A stretch of 64,000 nt of DNA, taken from positions 1,760,001 through 1,824,000 of the forward strand of contig CP147778.1 in NCBI GenBank assembly GCA_037305845.1, read 5' to 3'. The translations under genes were made by a program, and so were the position numbers. The notes under the pieces are model-generated. The model was not told the origin of the DNA and did not search any database. It was given only the letters and a program-made list of their open reading frames with translations. Every line of letters begins with the position of its first letter. The first letter of the stretch is position 1. The DNA is from Candidatus Freyarchaeum deiterrae (lineage in GTDB: Archaea; Asgardarchaeota; Jordiarchaeia; Jordiarchaeales; Jordiarchaeaceae). Shown here piece by piece: positions 62,201 through 64,000 of the stretch.

Positions 62201-64000
62201 AGTGGGGACTTGACTATTTGGGACCAGATTTTGAATATTCCTTTCTCACCCGACTTGCTGTTTAACTTCGACATTAACCCAATTAGTGGTGATGGCTGGT
62301 GGCTAGGGTTAAAGTTCCGAGTGCAGCTTTATGAATTTTTAACCAGTTACAACGCTACGCTGAACGTTACCTCTCCCACTAGTTACGTGGGTCCTGTGGA
62401 TGTTTCTTTGAGCTTTGATAACGGGAGTTGCTATAAGGGTAGTTTGTTCGTGATGGAGGATAACGCGACCCATGTTCCTTTCACCGTAAGGAATCAGACC
62501 GTTTTAGGAGACTATGTTTCGAATATGAGTATCAGCATTCTCGCGAATGTTTCTGCGGGTGAGACGAAGCAGTACAAGATATTTTGGTCGGATTACGATA
62601 ATCCGCTGCCTGATCTGGTTTCGCCGAACCTAAGGGTTGTGAACTGGACTGATAGCACTCAAGGCGAGAATGTTTCCGTGAACTGCACAGCTACGGATGC
62701 AAACATGAGCCGAGTAGTTCTGCACTACTATGATGGTTCTGCTAATTGCAGTAAGGACTTGGTTTTGCAGTCCGGTTTCTACGTAGGGAATTTCTCCTAC
62801 TCTGGGTCTTACCAGTTTTGGGTGGAGGCTTTTGATAATTGCAGTAACCCTATGAGGACTTGGATTTACCCCAGTAATTTGCCAGTTTTGAATGTCAATA
62901 TGAGTGAGAGTGAGGTTTATATCCGCGACAGCATTCCCGCGGGCACCGATTCTGTTTGGCTGTACTACAGTAACGGTGCTGAGAAGTGCCTGAATAGCAC
63001 GGAGAATAGTTTGACTTACGGTTACCGGTTGAATTGCGGTGAGGGTTGGAACCGATTCCCGCGTCTTCCCTACTCGGACATCTTGGAGATTTTCACTCTT
63101 CGGTATGAGACTCTGCCCACTTGGGAGCCTATGGTTCTTGAGAGGATTGAAGGGGGCGGTATCGGTAATAGTAGTTATATGCTTGATAATATGAGGTGGG
63201 GGTTGTATCCGCGTACGGTTCTTGACTACTCCAGGCAGAGTGCTATGAACTTCTACTTCAGCTATGACTCCAGTATTCCTGTGGTTAGTATTGTTTCGGG
63301 GCATGTGCTTTCTGGTGTGGCTTTGCTTAATGCTAGTTGCAGCGATATTCCTTCACAGATTTTGAATGAAACTATAGGGGGCATTGAGCATGTGGAGTAC
63401 ACTGTTTCTAATAGTACGGGTGTGGTTTATAATTCGATCATGGTGAAGGAGCATACGGGGAACGATACTTATGTTTATACTGATTTCTGGTACGATTACT
63501 TTGATTCGACTCTGCTGCCCGATGGCTTCTACAAGCTGAATGTGAGTGTTTGGGATAAGTCTGGTAACCGGGCGGATGACCTACAGTACGTTATAGTTTA
63601 TAATAGCAGGCCTCTAGTGGAGTTCCTCAACGTTTATGGTAACATGAGTGTGGGTGGGGTTCTCAAGGTGCTTGTGAGAACCACTGATGTGTTTGATGTT
63701 ACCAACACCAGCCTCACGGTTACCAATATTGGAACGGGTAACACTACAGTTTACAATATGAGGGAGGGCTACTTCCAGAACCAAAATGTCTGGATTTACA
63801 ATGTGCTGTTTAACCAGAGTGGAACATACACCCTGAGCTGTAATGCTACGGACTACTTCGGCGTGGGGAGCGATATGGTGAGTGTGGACATTTCTGTGGA
63901 TACGAATCTGCCCAATGTGGTTATTAACTCTCCGCAGCCGAATGAGTGGGTTGGTGGGCGGTATCTCCTGAATGTGACTGCTTTTGATGATAACAATATT
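50228..64000 (+). CDS. Giant (over 4,590 aa) secreted/surface glycoprotein with DUF2341, two DNRLRE/CBM96-like, lectin-like and Ig-like modules; 3'-truncated by the window
   Basis: The frame starting MCVFLIALFIGADAQQ at 50228 is the same frame as the last codons YLLNVTAFDDNNI. The ORF track has no stop-terminated ORF in this frame, consistent with no stop after 50194. DUF2341-type WSYRKP..NFQV..DGSDIRF..FWIE.W..VWIK..YYG..FFDDF at about 60050-60410. Abundant NxS/T. Confidence 0.9.
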   Translation, partial: MCVFLIALFIGADAQQMQAVQQQIDDILHYVNMPDIQQAERDGNITHSLNIFFQGQAIGLYEGGWPWGHGYEADVWDSDYEKTNPGHVYVYNNTKNIGGRRTLYFEIISYPYYDINSLPDGLVRELCGNYTDPLAKPEPLVIYCQYDDEKVPWAGDKTSLSTFLGRMLLLSKLRHIDYSSPIDLAEQWSNYLDRYQFDFNDLDYIYRNFPLVLQNPWLWLQSGSSLNSLMELVGSGVKLSDFSFVSGDNPLFNFLNSVWGAEEYHSLWEAAFNQTNAWQLVRYNDTFVPLPYLVTYTHILDEMGVLDLFGESGSELYGAYNNWGLNLNGSNSLYSYEFILSSIFDSRAESLLIDSCSNASMWNATGENATLSTDGYSVTVSVMGNHSNTTTLSHNLAQPVDLSPYDSLLLWFNMINATRSNFATLKITLYDGEGDWREYSTWAYDTSDRWERITLDLDEPDLQSGSFGSLTNITITATLNQILNYSLSIDDVRVNSHILGECLWDTDWSHQLVNGTGDLNIAVYGFPYVYDYYPYSLGLEWNLSSSNGSAAYVYDPQGVWSLDSQSFLTFMLYGFGTEDQNASLKVRLCIDENNSLDYSLGKVDWYGWRKVVIPLSLMNETGNENLSSVDYLKFELGEMSNGTGMLVVSDAELDSAQWAKVEFVVPDTVRDADGDNHPSISLDCWNGAEWVTVGQWDADDSNSTIAQETLWGNLTYLDGTPSSDLFSGQSLCLYPVGTGSQNPYSGFAGDINYTTAEDSAGFAVLLPSPSQENLSSVLFRVEVCFDDSNYYVNTRDYPLAFFYFNSSFTNMSLKANDTEMAEHELFYGNGSTVLFLDLEAALDNVNLKEFRADAGNVTLTSAFFSCLDDWTVDSLNSTVFVAGGEEEGGVFVQGSEHLYLNYTFSPELSISYDNAYVDVVYSSSYSSSSEQNQTNLALWVRVDDNWLNYSLPNDAESKRIRIPLNGTHMEEICFEHTTNNTTTDWFKVESLEVFYLTNITQYLQTALGYMNETSLTAPGYNPRFTQTLNTTELPTSLSAWAYVNGSSSLTVEFFDENGAFLKSDTVCSGGSNWYPVCLVDLTQPANASTLKFIVAADKLDHAYLCPSILTSSGIYESFNSLEGWTALGNGTAENNSQGLTVTLNNGTLTLWTDVSELGFDFSSFDTIAAAYNISGDVKANIVFDWLLVDADGNQAEYQSYVNLSRDSACAIDPISQYYKIYAPISFPFEDCVENFSYTNFDLNRIMLNFSGTGQANVSWVQTLYIPDWYFISVTENITSTHLYVNWLTKSLVFGGVFNSSAGEPNWVGLMHTFSEDVNLTTNPVLEVNFRTQNTSLKLGLEVLVYDELGFQWVWAKLPASEVIFEHPIYTPTFVNIPDYLRSNNGRLYTSLRAIRLYVNDTTGNYSGLGSMEISSIWLHPACGAPLSFLVLDDFEADDLSRWQEEAGWLLPYTDLNQWSSNQIICGGNIAYGPPGWEDDSFQTGWYSGYNYSSNGDVLTWTPSNYPLNVYNITGGSSDAEVELSTYLNTRWFRPGDTQMRLGREDTTCWVYVPPYAYPVTVYVYKRTFVRFPLYIPENAIITNAWISLKSKTNETNSIPCAVNLLDSGNFPEFTDDPWNWPTSGGAVGWTAPSTIADCWYNTSNISTLVQRFINTTGYYPGKYVGFRLMDNDTIGAWKTWYTYESDPQNAPKLYVSYTVPGNYYISKAVNVDVGEYPCLVFRAKCNVDNSTIHLALGTPEDRYYFKTYFELNQSYRTFAIPISNGFNATSITIFYPDFQNVKVDIDYLGLLRSVSLEGTVMNSSLSVNGGFENGDFYNWTLSQCYGCTVESPELVAEGVHAGNITCNGVGQWLSRTVSGDNIVKFSIYKPSSFNASNRYFFQLYDADPWGSGKKITFYLVDSFDTNMSEYGDSKNKALKWSQKNGTYKDYYIDPHALYNLYWNNTDPTQIEVRFGVEANQSSNMVIDGFGVWDRGSGLAPNNIAIYPSMPLDNHDSLKLLYSFPSESTDVCTYTFTIDRDFSQEKYFSLWVYQDQYNKKWNHTLDICLRCKDGSFGGWNMTMNWSQDLKRLVLPLDNFTYESGSVVSGQLEKIVVSLKDQYGYVKEDGWILLSGLLFGHQYNFTLTSESYSGSGAVRIQNPSGGWVKIFASGNETGTIPFTPDELLCFAAKPKGDTPWAVMVDLALKDGSTATLVWYRGSRPIPSEYPYDYLTQIDSNPDNWNEYRLNLFDAVKNYAEQMGRGGFQRIEKIAFLVGPGEVVFDSVLVRNVPENLDTSPLSVLSSPVIFFYDEAYPCSCGAGGNDWSLVNETLTTLEAGLKSMNISVVWADAQEVRKLVSTYPRSVLVIVGSIVPDTLCGREGYSVLENFVERGGTVLFLSDDYAPVSAVGREGYETLWFQGMGLEYLLDAKSPTIELFNYSSLKPLSITMDPTEMGGGLGALNGLNTSGFAWLIPYLRYQNLWVETYYYNSSEQLGRGVCVRPQDSLGYVAEFPLSMVSDGNDTGVVVKFVSDHFIDLWLDTSGSNFDDYERPLPGVSDEKFMDYYGEMKAGNWSFSTDIPEEEYYASAEFQAFWHVYLNASLSSERNDSITATYTVSPNSTILLSEFPFFTATVLTIGNYTRLKLEAEVSGQYYTLFDDNASDWRKYVWYLPNICAEDEFQGMRVTLYENDTCGTGNASVTLTNLGAYTVAVPEYGFPKSLNVNFQNSSVYDYLFSGDSDYPFMGFKFNDTQNSVYTITREYPHPFSFLEYPYLEFASSGSEGNYTVELWLQKKCGEQSYAWYLLDCFNGSDSGSSQMVMGYNLYAKFNAYYEQFKSITADLKGWKLIVRGNASQNSSKNCLFTLKYIALTDYYTGWRIYPGGMDYTGGQGYGDGGEIVLSLEQELGASDSSISSKENIGLSPNVSSVGDSSSSGQDSPTVSESVKPSEVDVSEIVSKEDYCLSPSAWCVYNSSGGVEAKIVSGEFIELRMRRAIADDWAMFRYDLGEGVNVSQTNFIDFKMRVRPEGGLRIVAYAEFSSAGGLVELGEYSADGVWISWRLDVLSLLAKAGVNNSLVTGLVFKLVCEGGSGRYDCYVDLSYLKFSGFASWRGGLSTLFYDDGVYSVFHFEGLQGATIIYSIPSDYHDFSLTFNANYLLEKTSKGVNVFFYDFTQGSWVHISTLDRMDSWENVSVGIDGNFVRGYDGRFLVYLAPIYSQDIDVNLRLDSAEVMATTSTQNYLVQSGLLTMGLDGTVDSGDSSLPTNLDHVFDHLGGEAVWFGEDYYRGGSVSDWLTGWSYRKPVRVNNSGSVDLYNFQVKLTLQGTNSSQVGYVDFGKIAPDGSDIRFTAADGLNPISFWIENWNNTNQTATVWIKCPLLGNNSVTVYYMYYGFKNAESLSNGEDTFLFFDDFSGDILNPGNWIVTGNVTVNNGVVTIGGNSIESRIESTYKYGNMTIVQCRGQVSDDWSTPTQVTRIYSVDGSASDSELWTVVVYGTYYENHYTLSSMMLGPYIYYGSPFGSLSDFVRFKLDIPVGSTITNAYISLKSTNNESSTNIQSQVWLLNYYNCPDFSGGAVAIQDMPTVGSPVYWTPTVTYQDCWCNTANISSLIQSYISMSNYQPGVCYVGLRLNDMNTQVADKSWYQYDSGAGNAPKLVVAYVPPPGEGQSSAVVSLSDYSDPDPSDVITLGQVDCYDYKGKWVGAFRDYPPINYTIVNTNWSADTNWHTFQIYWLGANSTSLWIDSNKCNISSWYVPDGDNPLRVMHEANAAQRSGTKLFVDYTFVRKYAQVEPMVSYDSEQLPPSIPPASSSSVPVDRLSGSEMVHLYWHMLENVSSIDDYYLEFRLRSDMGAVFKENVQGEANAKLDLYREFMLSLRSVIEPPVNYSPDSDYSNVNMTVRLYVQYFYANNSAIPNGTILFNETTITYLDDNNWVSYVLDVPSRAPAGASKWTPLIRAVGRPADSFCHLFIDDMKCPQTYQTSQQNTSANIAWVAGGDGHGHVLNCSSNGSGDLTIWDQILNIPFSPDLLFNFDINPISGDGWWLGLKFRVQLYEFLTSYNATLNVTSPTSYVGPVDVSLSFDNGSCYKGSLFVMEDNATHVPFTVRNQTVLGDYVSNMSISILANVSAGETKQYKIFWSDYDNPLPDLVSPNLRVVNWTDSTQGENVSVNCTATDANMSRVVLHYYDGSANCSKDLVLQSGFYVGNFSYSGSYQFWVEAFDNCSNPMRTWIYPSNLPVLNVNMSESEVYIRDSIPAGTDSVWLYYSNGAEKCLNSTENSLTYGYRLNCGEGWNRFPRLPYSDILEIFTLRYETLPTWEPMVLERIEGGGIGNSSYMLDNMRWGLYPRTVLDYSRQSAMNFYFSYDSSIPVVSIVSGHVLSGVALLNASCSDIPSQILNETIGGIEHVEYTVSNSTGVVYNSIMVKEHTGNDTYVYTDFWYDYFDSTLLPDGFYKLNVSVWDKSGNRADDLQYVIVYNSRPLVEFLNVYGNMSVGGVLKVLVRTTDVFDVTNTSLTVTNIGTGNTTVYNMREGYFQNQNVWIYNVLFNQSGTYTLSCNATDYFGVGSDMVSVDISVDTNLPNVVINSPQPNEWVGGRYLLNVTAFDDNNI

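Noticed and set aside
50075-63304. Many short ORFs, including the 224-aa minus-strand ORF 62630-63304
   Set aside because: Antisense or off-frame shadows of the giant plus-strand ORF.

Overview
Archaeal chromosome segment, almost certainly from an Asgard archaeon: a eukaryote-like actin sits among typical archaeal housekeeping genes. Bases 1-44 kb are AT-rich core genome. They hold archaeosine genes, the proteasome/exosome superoperon, KEOPS/t6A genes, comDE/comA/comB, actin, a minimal type IV pilus module, aCPSF1, egsA, HDAC and Hel308. An unlinked 16S rRNA gene follows, then a more GC-rich surface-protein region ending in a giant ORF (over 4,590 codons, runs off the window) that the ORF track misses. 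Two systems stand out. (1) All four stable-RNA genes carry bulge-helix-bulge (BHB) introns: tRNA-Pro(GGG) has five (with a 1-nt exon), tRNA-Ile2(CAU) four, tRNA-Glu(UUC) three (one inside the anticodon), and the 16S two (helix 11, and the helix-45 KsgA loop). (2) A two-gene unit encodes an MtrA-MtrH fusion (corrinoid protein plus methyl-pterin methyltransferase) and a single-chain pseudo-dimeric thymidylate-synthase-family protein with the cytosine-specifying Asp. This suggests an undescribed B12-linked pyrimidine C5-methylation route. All calls come from reading motifs by eye; no searches were run.
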